From NCBI GenBank assembly GCA_044892525.1, contig CM097885.1, positions 12,154,001 to 12,218,000 of the forward strand: a stretch of DNA of 64,000 bases. The letters run 5' to 3'. Both the position numbers and the translations under genes were made by a program. The notes under the pieces are model-generated. The model did no database searches and had not been told where the DNA came from. It was given only the letters and a program-made list of their open reading frames with translations. Shown here in pieces: positions 26,495 to 39,974 of this stretch; position 1 is the first letter of the stretch, and each line of letters starts with the position of its first letter. The stretch comes from Schmidtea polychroa (lineage: Eukaryota).

Positions 26495-29400
26495 TTTAAT
26501 AATAGCAATAATAATTTTTGATATTATTTATATTTTATTTTATAATTATAGTTGTACAAAGAATTCATTCTATATTTGATAAAAGCACAGCTTCAATTTG
26601 TAAATATTTATCACATAAATAAGAAACTTTGTTATTTTAATGAAAGAGCCTTAGGAAAAATAATCTCATATAATGTTTTTCCATTAAACTTTTGAATAAT
26701 TTAAACTTATGATTGAACGTAATTTTCATACAGAACTTTTTTTAAATTGCTTTTTATTCACTTATAGCTTTGAGATATTTTTTGCTTTTCGTCTCCTTGC
26801 TCAGTAACTGCAAAGGGAAATTTGTGTTGAGTAAGTTATGCAGCAGTATATTTCAATTTTTTTCATTTTGTTCAATTTTATTTTCATTTTATTATTTCAA
26901 CAAAAATATAATTTTGAAAACAATTACAAACCGTTTTTTTGGTTTATTAAATGCTTGAAATAAGTGAATAAAATAACTTGTAAAAGTAACTCGATGTCCA
27001 CTACGTCTGTGAGAATTGGTAACTGTGGAGAACATTTATTAACTCGATGGTTACGGAACAATAATAAATCATTTTTAATTTTTAATTTTTAATAGTAATA
27101 TAAGATTATAAGAACTATGAATCAATAAAGATGTCGATGTTTTTTTATATTCATGAATTACTTGAAAAAGGTTGTTCCCAAAATAAAGACGAAAAAGACA
27201 TTCCCACATACAACTGACCATTCGAAAAGTACTCGTCTATTAAATACAAGCCTCTGATTTTGGGTGAAGTAAAAATTTGAAGACTAATACAGTTGACCTA
27301 GATATAATATATGTAAATTATACGTCACTATTTTTCACAGTTTTGGAGTTCTTGTGAGTGACGTGAAGAGAGACAAAAATGTATGCATTATTAACATATT
27401 TTTCTCGTTTTAAAGTTTGAAATTAATTAGTTACAAAAAATCTTCTTTTTTCATTGTTACAAAAATATATTTATTTTTCAAAATAATGGTAAAGTTAAAT
27501 GGTCAATTGAAAATGTGTTAAAGAACTTCGTAATGGACAATACAAATTTTTATAACTAATTCTTTATTGTTGACAATAATGATTTTATCTAATAATATTT
27601 TATTTATTATTATAAGAACTTTTTTTTCAAATTTCACCACTATGAATCAGTAAATATATCGATGTTTTTGATATTCACGAATTTGGCTTTATGAATTTGA
27701 ATTCTCTTGAAAAAGCCAGTGCTGAAAATTTGTGAATATCAAAAAACATCGATATATTTACTGATTCATAGTCAAGCCTTTTTAATAAATACAATTTTAT
27801 TTATTATTAAAATTGTTTTTTTTTATTTATTTTTATTTTATTATTTAATTAATATCAATATTTCGTTATTGGTTTTATTTTATTTCTTATAAAACTCAAA
27901 TAATTTTGCCCTTTAACCATTTTGAGTCCCGAATTATTTTTTTTGATAAAATAAAGATAATTTTATTTAAATTTTTGATAACAAATGATTTATTGATGGC
28001 TATTTATATAAAATTATCTAGAAAAGTTCAAAAAGCTAAATTTCATCAATTTCATCTCGCAAAGATGAGATACCGTGAACATTTGCAAATTTGATTCAGA
28101 GATTTCTAAATGATTCAAAAGTAGGTTTTACTATTTTGAAAATACTCAGGTTCTACTTAGATTTTCTATGAAGTTTCTCTACCAAATATATGATCGATAG
28201 GGGTTTTATCAAACAATTTATGTTTCATGAATTTTTTCTTTCAACGTTTTATTTCACTTTGAAGAAGGCCTATTTTTATTATGGTTGCTCATTTATCTGA
28301 CGATCAGAACATGATAAAAATTTGTTTAATATCTCAAAATGTTCGTTATTATAACTTCTAAATAATGATGTAAAAACATTTTATCTGTGTCTTATATTTT
28401 CGGAGAAAATCGCTCTGGAAACAGGTCTAGAATATATCTTGAAATATTTTAATGCTTTTTGTTGTTAATAATATTTTAAAATAATAAATATTGTAAGTGA
28501 GAAGAAATTTTACATCCCAAATTATTTTTTGTGAGACTCATTAGTATAAATCTTAGTTAATTAATATTTGTTTTAATATATCCGACCTAAATGTGACCCA
28601 TGCCAAAGTTTTATAGCCCACCAATGTAATTATATTTTGGTTTTGAAACTGATTTACCTTTAAAATAGTATTTAACAATAAATTCTTACTTCGTAAAATA
28701 TGATGATCAATATTGATTTTATAATTAAATTTTTTTTCACTGTTTTTCTTGTAAACTTTGAAAAATCTTTCCTTTCCTGTTTTCATTTCCATCAAACAGG
28801 AATATTTTTCATATATATATTTCAAATATTTAATCAAAAATCTTTATATGTATAATAAAACTAATAAATATAGAGAAATTTTAAATAAATTATTTTTATC
28901 TAAAATGAATTTGTTTATGATTAAAATTGTTATTAGAAATAATAATTAAATTATTTTGTTTTAGTGCACGATTAATTTTATTATTTTTCTTGGAATAAGG
29001 GTATCTCTAAGGGTATATCTAAGGGTATTATTTTGCTCGTCATATTTTATAATTAAAATATAATTATATAAAATAGTATAAAAATTTGATAAAAGATTAG
29101 TGAAGTTGCTTTGGAAAATTAATTGCCTACTATTAAGAGATAAAGAAGATAAAATAACATTAATTCTATATTTTTTATACAGTAATTTTTGTGGATGATA
29201 AATAAAATAAGTCTTAAATAAACTTTTAAAATTTTGTTTACAAACCAAATTTTAAAATATTTATTGAACTAAATTTAAAACATATTTTTAAAGAAATTTC
29301 TCAAAAAGACTTAAAGTAAATAATTTTTAAATAATTATGATAGTAATATTTTTGCCTTTTATTTATATTAAAATTTATTTCTAAAATATTAATTAAAAAA

Positions 29401-31155
29401 AATGTATGTGAAAAGGAATTATTTATACAAATGTATTTTTAAATATTGCATTTACACAAAAAATTAACGTTTGATAAAATTGGGCAAATTATTCAGATAA
29501 TATTGGAATAAAAATATTAAATTGTTGATTAAAAATAAGTTGCATTAAAATTACAGTGTATTAATATTGATTTTACTAGAAAAATTGTTTGACTGTGAAT
29601 ATGTAAAGATATAAAGAAAAAGACATTGACAATTTTGCTAATAAATACAATGTCAATTGAAAATTAATCAGAGATGAAAATTGAAAAAATTCTTATAATA
29701 TTATATTAATTTTTATATTTTAAAATTTTGAATTAAAATTCAAGCATTGAGTATTATAATGAATTACTGTAAAATGTTCATTAAAGTTCGTAATTTCTTT
29801 GGTCACTTTTAATCTAATTTTTGAAATTTGTCAAATATTTTTTTATTAGTTTCAACATAGATTTTCGACTTTGCCTTTATCAAGTGTGTTGAGTGTAAAA
29901 ATAATATTTGGTCTTTTGTCAAAATGAAAATAAATTATGTTAACGATGTTTACAATCAATTAAGCGACAAATCTCAGTATTATAATTGTCAAATAGGTGC
30001 CTTCATTTCTAAATTTAATTTGTTATAGGCAGGAAATGTGAACAATACTAAACTAAAATGCGTTAATTATTAACTGTCTCATCTAATTTATTTACAAATA
30101 ATTAACTTAGTCAGAATATGTCCGGCAAATATGACTCATATTTTAACTGTTTATAACAGATTCAATTTGGAAAGGGTATTTAACAAACAGCTGGCGATGA
30201 GTTTGAAATGTAATGCAAAACCAAGCGCATTAAAATTGTATTCACTAAATTTGAAAATTTTCAAGTTATTCAGTGTTTTTAAAAGGTTTTTAACAATTCT
30301 ACTTTTGTTTAGATAACCGTTTTGAGGAAATTTCAATAAAATTTATAGCAAAATGTTGCAGAAGATAATATCGTTGTATTGCTTTTTTACTTTACGCAAA
30401 ATAAAATTTGAAGTGATCACAGATCCAAAGTGAAAAAAAAAGTAAAAGTTTCTAAATATCCTTATTGTTTTTAAAGTAATTAAATATTTTGATGTAATAA
30501 ATCTTTTGTATTCTTTTAGAAAAGTATGTTGAATGAAAAATAGAACCTAATATTCTAAAACCAATGAGTAGTCTAATTTAATATATCTGGATTATTTTAT
30601 ATTCATTAAATTCTATATTCAAAGGTTTTTGCCTACATGTGATTTATATGTATCAGGCACAGCTCATTATTTTCTGTTTATAGCAAATTGAATTTGGAAA
30701 TGGTATAATTATAATGTAACATATTTAAGAAAAAATTTTCTCATTTATCTATAGACTGCTTTTTTAGATAATATTATTAATATCTATTAATAAGAACTTT
30801 TACAATTTTCACCATTGATTTCTTTTCAATTGACATTGTATTTATTAAAAACTTGTTTTTAATATCTATTTAGTTTTCTTGAAACCTACTTTTACATTTA
30901 TTATATTTTCAAAAATATTATTTAACTTTCCTTCCAAAGGGGTTTTCTTTAATTTTTTCAGTTAAATTAATTTTATTTAAGATAATTAAATTAATTAGTA
31001 AATAAATTGATGCGGGTCTAATAGTATAGTATAGTATATTTTTGTATAATATATAATAGTATAATTTTGACTTATTGTTTTGAATGATTTATGGAGAATT
31101 TAGGCGTATTATAACTTAAAATGAGTTAAGAGACATTCAAATTTTAAAGTAGTTA

Positions 31156-31296
<141 letters not shown>

Positions 31297-32475
31297 GGTA
31301 AAAAATAACAAAAAATAGAACATGTTTTAGGTCTAAAGTTTTCAAATTAAAAGAAGTGTGGAAAGGCCGTGTCTGTTAATTTAAATATTTTTATTATTAT
31401 TGTTAAATGACAGTTGAAAAATTCAGAGCTCGAAAATTTGTGTTGCAAAAACAAAATAAATGAAAGCAAAACAATAAAGATCAAATTTGAATAAATAAGT
31501 AAATAAATAAATAAAGGATTTTTCTGATAGTATTAGTATTATTGTCATTTTTATTATTATTAATTTTTTAATAAAACATTTTAAAAGTTATACTATTAAT
31601 GAAAATATATTTATGATGAGATTTATTCGATTTCATAAAATATTTTTTTTGTTGTTTAAGTTGTGTAATTTTATACTGGAAACATATCAATAGATTTTTT
31701 ATGCTTCAGTAGATTAAAACAAGAATATTTTAAAACTATTTCTCAAATTAACTGCAGACTTATAGAGGCCTTCAACTGAATAAAGAATTGTTTCACCTCA
31801 TCTAATATTTCCCCTTTTACAATGTTTATTATTGTGTATTAAATGGAACGTTTTGTCCTTTATTAATAACAAAATACATAGTAAACAAGCATTTATGAAT
31901 TATCTCAAAATTTACTGTTAATTTTTCAAATTTTGTTTTTAATGAAAGTATGATGATAATATTGTTTGAATGACTGAAATTTTTGGTAAACAAATATTGA
32001 TCATGTTTAAAAAAACAACCATATTTCGATTTTTTATAGAAAATTTAATTAAAAATAAACATCATTTGCAGTGTCAATTGATGTTGTTGTTATTCAAATT
32101 TTAATGGTATTTATGTAAGTCAGGTTAATAATGCAAATATTTAATTTTATTTTTATTTTATTAATTAAATACTATTAATAAAATTTTAAGTTTTAAGTTT
32201 AAGTAAAACAAGTATCTGAGTATGGAAAACCGGTTTTTGAAGTATGTCTATGTAGAATATTACATTTTGGCATTTACTTCATTATTATTTACATAATGCA
32301 ATGAATAATCGATATATTTACTGATTCATAGTCGAGCTTTTTAATAAATACAATGTTAAATAATGTAATTTAAATTTATCTAATATATTTTATAGAAACG
32401 CATTCGTCGGAAAAATTAAAAAGTAATGAAATATTTTTAAGTTTATTTTTAGCGTCAATATTTGTAAATAATAGC

Positions 32476-32548
<73 letters not shown>

Positions 32549-34479
32549 CAATCATCTTGATTATTTTAACATCTAAATTTAACAACCGGATTCTAACAAT
32601 CAGATACCAACAACTAGTTACTAACAACCAAGTACCATCAACTAGATACCAACTTCCGATTACAAACAAAATAACACATAAAAAGAATACTAACTAAATC
32701 ACCAAAACGAAACACAAATTCAATAATAAATTTTATTTTTCATCCTTTATTTTTTTCTAATAAGCTCATTTTACACCTGCCAACAAAATATGAACTACTT
32801 TTTTTCTTATATTCTTTACGTCAATCACATCGGAATTGACATGGAATTTCTATTAGATCATTACAAACTGAACAATAATCCTAGCATTCCAAACCCCAAA
32901 CCTCGAACCGATTCGTATTGTGCAAGAATTACTTTTTTGATATTGATACCAGCTATTTGGTACATTCTGAAAGCTAGTAGTTCTAGAGCACAATATGACA
33001 GAGTATTCTTCTTATTTGGTTATAATTCTTTTATTTTCAATAAAATTTCTTTTGAAAATATGTTCCTTGTTCATCAATCATTTTGAATTTTGGCTTTTAT
33101 CAATCAACAAACAATTGAAACAAGATTAAATTAATTCAATAAAAATTCTAGAATTTTTTAATTAGATATTTTATTGTTAATTGAAGAATTTATATAATTA
33201 TAGATTTCTTCAAATTTTTAATGGAATAATTCCAAAATACAACAAACGTTATCCATAAATATTTATTCTTTGACTTAACACAACAATGCAATAGTTAAAA
33301 TCTCTGTTGGAACAAAGATTTTTTAACGTTAATAATAGCTAATAATAGTTAATAATAGAAACATATTGTAAAGAAACTTTAAAAAAAAACAACCATTAAA
33401 AATATGGTTTCTGAAACTCTCTCCATATTTCACTCTCTTAATTTCAACATATTTTAGATATATTTACGTTATCTTTTTAATCCGAAGTTAATGAATAGAT
33501 AAGAATTTATATTGAAATAAGGAAATATCAATATTTTTTAAATTAAATTAACCCACTTTCTGTGATTGGGTCGATCTGAAATTTTGATAGTATGCATTGT
33601 TCTCGACAATGAATTTACTTGCCAAATTGGCCTCACAAAATTTGCTTGGTACAATCAATCAATCAATCAAACGCAAGGTTAATATAGATAGTAATAAAGA
33701 AACAAACTAAGAATTGGATTAAATTATAAACAATATTGTGCTGTATGTTATTTGATGTTATTATTGTTGTTATTATTATTTTATAAAATTATTTATAATT
33801 TGCAATTATAAAATTATTTTTCATATCGATGAAAAATCAATTTTCTATAGTAAATTTAAAACTATAGAGAATTGCCAAAAATTGAAAAAGAAAATTCAAT
33901 ATCGCCATAACACCGTACAAAAAATTCATAAAAAAGAAAGTAAAGAATTCAAATGATTTTAATCTTTATGCTTCGAAGACTTTATCTTGGATCAAATTCA
34001 AATTTTGAAAATTAGAGAAAAGTTTGTATTAAAGCGTGTATTATTTTATTTTACATTAATAAAAGTTGTAAATTTATTATTCGTTTGTTATTTAAGTAAT
34101 TTTAAACCTATTCACACACATACAAGAACCTCAGCTGCCCCGATACATCCTTTTTAAAGGAGACTCTGCTGAGCTCTACAAATCCTTCTTTATAATATAA
34201 CAATTATATCACACGACATAACTTAACGTATCACAATAAATACAATCAATTGAAAAATTAATATAATAATAATGAAATTTGAACGTAGTTTGGCTACTGT
34301 ATACCTACTCATATCATACATGTGTTCAGAGATTTGACTGTTGTGTCCTTGGTTTTCCTAGGAGATGGCTTTGTAGGATTTTATCATATACTTGAAATAT
34401 TTTGTATAATAAGAGATGAATGGAATGCTTTAAATATATTTAAATAAAAGATTAAGAATAAAAGTAAGAGTCTCTAACC

Positions 34480-36667
34480 CAGAGATGAGTAACCCGCAGC
34501 CCGCTGTTTTTTTTGTTTATATTAAAGAAATAGTGATTATTTTTTATTTTAAAATTTAATTGTAATTTTTAATAATTGGATAATAATATATACTTTAAAG
34601 CTTGTTTTTATACTATCTTAAATTTTCAAAGAGGTTACTTTGTTTTTACCCTTTAGTTATATATAAATATAAGCATATTTATATATATTTATAATAAGCA
34701 GAGGCATAAATAAGAATTTAAACTACGAAAATCTATCAATTGACGTTCATTTTTTTAAAATATCTTATATAAATGACTTTTTGCTTTTTTATTAAAAAAA
34801 AGAATGTCAAAATAAAAAAAATGTAAAATATTCAATACTATTATTAATTTCATGTATAAATAAATTTAAATTATTTTTTTTTGTTTAAATACCCAAGAAT
34901 GATGAGCTCTGATCAAATATAATATTAAACGACACTATGAGGTTAAATATGCCTCGAAATTCTCCAACTTAAAAGGACAAAATCGAAAAGATAAACTTAA
35001 TGACCTTTTAAAAAACATACACAGTAGCAAAACATATCTAAAGTCTTCGAGGGTAATTGCTAGTCAGATTTTGGCAAAAAAATTAAAGCCTTTTTTAGAT
35101 GCAGAGATCGTAAATGAATATATGGAAGTTATTGTTGAAACCGCCTTTCCAGATCAAATTAAAATCATTGAAAAAATTAGTTTGTCAAAAGTTACAGTTG
35201 CTAAAAGGATTGATGAGCTTTCAAAAAAATATTCAAGAAACATTAAGGATGCGGATTTCTAATCTTGAATGGATGTCATTTGCCCTGGATGAGAGTTGTG
35301 ACATATGTGATACTGCCCAAATGGTCATTTTGTAAGAGGTATAGACTCTAATTTTAAAATTCTTGAAGAATTTTTGGGTCTTGTTCCAATCCCAACAGGA
35401 GAGAATTTATATAAAGAATTGAAAGATGTCATAGTTGAACTTGAAATACCATTCGAAAAAATCATAGGTGTAACAACTGACGGTGCACCTTCGATGTTTA
35501 GTATGAGAGTCGGTCAGACTGGAAGATTGTTTACTGAAGTAAAATCTAAAGCCGGAAGAGAAATAATTGTCAATCATTGCATTCTTCATCAAGATAATTT
35601 CAAAGCTCGATCACTTAATCACAGACAATTTGTAGATTTTTTAAAAGATTTGGAAAGTGAATATGGTGATCTTATTTTTAATACAGAAGTTCGTTGGTTA
35701 AGTCATGGTAATATTTTTAAAGGCGAAATAAAGCTTTTTTTAGATAAAAAATATTATTTTTCAGAGTTTACTGACAGAAACTGGATGCGTGATTTTTCTT
35801 TTTGCATTGATATTACCAAATATTTAAATGATTTAAATATTAGGCTTCAAGGAAAAGGAAAATTTAATAATGAGATGTTTGATGAAATAAAAACCTTTGA
35901 AATAAAGCTAAAAATATTTAAAAATAATTTAGAATGCATTAACATGTTACACTTTTCGACATTAGAAAAAGAAAAACCATCTGATACAAAAAATATACAG
36001 GGGAAATTCAAAGTTTAATAGAAGGATTCAGTTCTCGATTTCAATGTTTACGTAAGAATCAAATATATTTTGATCTGTTTGCTTCACCTTTTATTTTTGA
36101 ATATTGACGAGATGCCAGAAAAATATCAAATGGAACTTATCGATTTGCAGTGCAACACTGAACTTAGAAATAATTTTCATCATGCTAAATTAATAGATTT
36201 TTATGAAAAATATTTTAGTGCTGATCAGTTTTCGATAATTGCTATAAATGCAAAACAAATTATGAGCCTACTTAGAAGTACTTATATTTGTGAACAGCTA
36301 TTTTCACAAATGAACATAATAAAAACCCCTGCGTCAAATCAACCTGTGTGATGAAAGATTAGAAAATTATCTGCGTGTGTCAGTTTCATCTATACAAGCC
36401 AACAAAGACAAACTTGTAGCTGACAAACAGCGGCAAAAATCGCACTAAAAATAAAAGATTTCCATTATTTTATATTAAGCATAAATTTATATGTAATAAA
36501 ATTTGAGCAATTATGTATTCTTTTAAATTTTAAAAGTTTTAATAATAAATAATTTATAAATGTAAATATTTTAAACAACACTTTAATATTAAAAAAATTA
36601 AAACTGCGGCCCAAAAAAAAATTATTTATTTCTTTGGCCCATTTAATAAAAAGGTTGCTCATCACTG
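34480..36667 (+). mobile_element. hAT (Buster/SPIN/GTF2IRD2-like) transposon with decayed transposase
   Basis: TIRs CAGAGATGAGTAACC / GGTTGCTCATCACTG; perfect 8-bp TSD CTCTAACC (34472-79, 36668-75); frameshifted ORF pieces with ALDESCD, VTTDGAPSM, HCILHQ, TEVRWLS, STYICEQLFS. Confidence 0.93.
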
Positions 36668-37127
36668 CTCTAACCTATCCCATTATCTGGCCAAATTTAT
36701 TGGCTCAATAAGACTAGGGGTTCTAATACATTCACAAGCTAGATAAATATTGCAATTTAGTTTCAAAAGAAGGAAGAAGTCTGGTCACATTTTGTAATTT
36801 CATATATTTTTTCTTTAAAATGTTCAGCAGTCAGTGGGATTTTTATATATAAGGCATCCGCAACTAATTTTAGTAAATAAAGAAATGAGACATTTGAAGG
36901 AACGTTTATTAACTGCAATAGCTATAAGTTTAAGTGAGGATCAAGTACTTTCAACTTAAATATTTGCACTTTAGACCAGTTCATCATCAGTTTTGCGTTC
37001 AAATAGTTAATGAATCAGTGACATCAAATGCACGGGTCAAGGTTTCAATCTTTATCCTCTGACTTGATAAATTACATTCCGCTAATCATTCATTAACAAA
37101 ACAGCGATTGTCTAAAATCGCAATTTA

Positions 37128-38180
37128 ATGACAGAAACGAATTTTGAAAAAGGTTTGAAGATTCAAACCTGTGAAATGCACTGTTGCGGAGAACCAGTGA
37201 GAATTCTAGAAAAGATTGAACCGCCAATCACCTTTCCGAAAGATTCTGATATATTACAAAAACGGAAATATTTTTCTGAAAATTTTGATTTCATCAGAAA
37301 AATGGTAATGTTAGAACCAAGAGGTCATGGAAATATGTTTGGAGTGCTACTAACTGAACCCAATCGAGACAGTGGATCAGATTATGGGGTGTTGTTTATG
37401 AATACGATTGATCTGTTACCGATGTGTGGGCATATTACAATTGCGGTTGGGAGATATTTGTTGGAAAAGAATTTGATAAAGAAGGAAATACCGGAAACCA
37501 AGATCAAACTCGATTGTTCTTGTGGGCTGGTTGTTGTTTCTGTCGAATGGGACGGATTTAGAGTTGGTAATACAAAGATTTTAAGCGTTCCTTCTTTTAT
37601 TGAAAGCTTGGATTATGAGGTTTTGGTTTCAGAATTAGGACTTAAAGTAAAATGTGATATAGCGTTTGGGGGAAACTTCTTTGCGATTATATCGGCAAAG
37701 GAATTAGGAGTTAATTTTGAAACCGATTCCCAATCAGTAATTATAGAAAAGGGAATTCTTTTATTTAATACATTAAAAAAACAATTTCAGTTTTCTCATC
37801 TAGTATCCAATGAAATTGAATATTTATACGCAGCTATTATCATAGATAAAGATGAAATTAATAAACACACAAAGCTACTCTGTGTTTTTGGGGAAGGGTT
37901 CTTTGATAGAAGTCCATGTGGATCGGGATCCACTGCCGTTACGACTTGTCAGTATTTCAGAAAGAAATTAAAATTGAACGAAACAATGGTTTCACAAAAT
38001 CCTTTCCTGGGAGAGCATTCAAGATTTTTGGCTACCCCAAAAGAGGAGAAAGCAATTATTACTGAAAATGGAAGCATCAAAAGTTTATTGGTTGAAATTA
38101 GTGGAAGAGCTTTTTTTACTGGTAAGTGTAATTTTACATTTGAAGAAACTGATTTTTTCAAATACGGATTTAATATTTAA
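37128..38180 (+). CDS. Proline racemase family protein (L3HYPDH-like scaffold, Cys/Cys racemase/epimerase type), intronless, nested antisense in eag intron
   Basis: 350-aa intact ORF with MHCCGEP, LEPRGHGNMFG, MCGH, DIAFGGNFFA, DRSPCGSG and C-terminal GF; AATAAA about 20 nt after the stop. Confidence 0.93.
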   Translation: MTETNFEKGLKIQTCEMHCCGEPVRILEKIEPPITFPKDSDILQKRKYFSENFDFIRKMVMLEPRGHGNMFGVLLTEPNRDSGSDYGVLFMNTIDLLPMCGHITIAVGRYLLEKNLIKKEIPETKIKLDCSCGLVVVSVEWDGFRVGNTKILSVPSFIESLDYEVLVSELGLKVKCDIAFGGNFFAIISAKELGVNFETDSQSVIIEKGILLFNTLKKQFQFSHLVSNEIEYLYAAIIIDKDEINKHTKLLCVFGEGFFDRSPCGSGSTAVTTCQYFRKKLKLNETMVSQNPFLGEHSRFLATPKEEKAIITENGSIKSLLVEISGRAFFTGKCNFTFEETDFFKYGFNI

Positions 38181-39765
38181 ATTGTAATTTTATTATTTTA
38201 ATAAATATTTCCCAAAATTTTATTTTTGTTATTTTTATTTCAACTTAAATAAATTTAATTAATTAATATTAATTAATTGATGAATAACTAATTTAATTAA
38301 AATGAAGTGCATTGTGATATTTGAAACTATTTCTAATGACATACTGGTTACGAGTTCATTTGGCTCTCATTAATGCTAAAAGGAGACTTGATAACAGTTG
38401 AGATTAAACTAATTGATCTTACATTCCTGTACAACATTGGTTCTCAATTTGAAGGTCATGACCCTTTAGGGATTGTCAATGTATTTTTAGGGAGTCGCGA
38501 AAATATTACTTATAATCCCTCGTCACGCCCTATTGTTTTAAAATTATATATTTCTTCGGTGAAATTATTTTATACCGAATTTAGTTTTGTTGAAATTGTT
38601 GAAAGCGTGAATTTGAATTTTTTGGTTTGAAATATCGCCAAACTTTTGGAAAGAAATTAAATGAGTCTTTTTGGAAAAATGGTTGAGAATCGTATCTGTA
38701 CAAGAAGCATACCACATTTATCCGGGTATAAAACAACATGTAAAGCAACAATCCCATAAAATTAAAACAAATGAAGCTTTAAAAATGTTTCAAAGTTAAA
38801 TAAAAACAAAAGTATTGTGCAATTAAAATATTTAAAATTTTTTCGAGAGCCTCTTTTAAGAAATCCGATTGTCGGAAACTTTTAACAAAAAGCACCTTTC
38901 TCTATAAAATGTTTAAAATTGTTAAAATTTAAGCTATTTTGCAGCATGTTTTTCATGCACTTAGAAAATAAGAAGCCATGAGTCTATCAATATACAAACT
39001 GTATAACATACAAAAATCATACAAAAACATACAATAATCAACATTGTAGTGATACATATTATTTTACGGGATTAAAGTGAAAAATTCTTCATTAATAATG
39101 ATTTTAATTACAAAATTCAAATTCTCTCATTTATTCTTAATATTCAAACAACTAAAACATTTGTAATTTTGACATTAAATCAGATATTGGCAACAAATAC
39201 TTTTTATTGATTTTAATATAAAATATACAAAATTTAAATAGTTATTTTAATTTAATTTAATTACTTGGAATTTAAAAGGCATTTTAGGAGTTCTGAAACA
39301 CAGTTTATGGTTTGGAATCTGTCAGGGTTAAATAAAACTATATCTTGAAAATGTGGTTGTTTGTTATATTATTTGCTAGTAAGGTATCAGTGCTTCTAGT
39401 TCTGAAAATCTAAAGTAGGCTTGTACAACTTGAGAAGCGTTGAGGGTTAACAATAATCATAATAACCCAAAAGTAATCATTAATTGACAGAAAACCCAAA
39501 ATTATTGAATATATTAAATTCCTAGTACACATTGGTATCATTTGCAATATAGATTAAATTTATTTTTTAAATATATCATTTTTTTTTGAAATTGTTAAGG
39601 AGAATTCTAGAAAATGTTTATGGTTCGCATTAAAAAAGCTGTACAGATCTGATTTAGAGACTTTTTCCAGTAATTATTTTTAATTATTTTTTTTTATTTC
39701 TTTTTATATGTAAATCAAGCATCTATTGTTTGACATACGAGTGAAACTCGTTTTTGTGCATATGA

Positions 39766-39884
<119 letters not shown>

Positions 39885-39932
39885 AATCAGCAATATTGTA
39901 TACTTACCTGGCGCGAAGAGAAATAGTACTGC

Positions 39933-39974
39933 ATAGTACTGGTGAGAGCGAAAAGCTGGAAACTAGTCTACTAT
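39933..39974 (+). pseudogene. Mutated hammerhead copy of the same family
   Basis: Same layout but core CTGGTGA and a mismatch at the base of stem II. Confidence 0.7.

Noticed and set aside
32760..33090. GC-richer patches that might be exons (also about 12500-12740, 14380-14760, 56200-56700)
   Set aside because: No recognisable protein motif or consistent splice and frame structure by hand; left unannotated.
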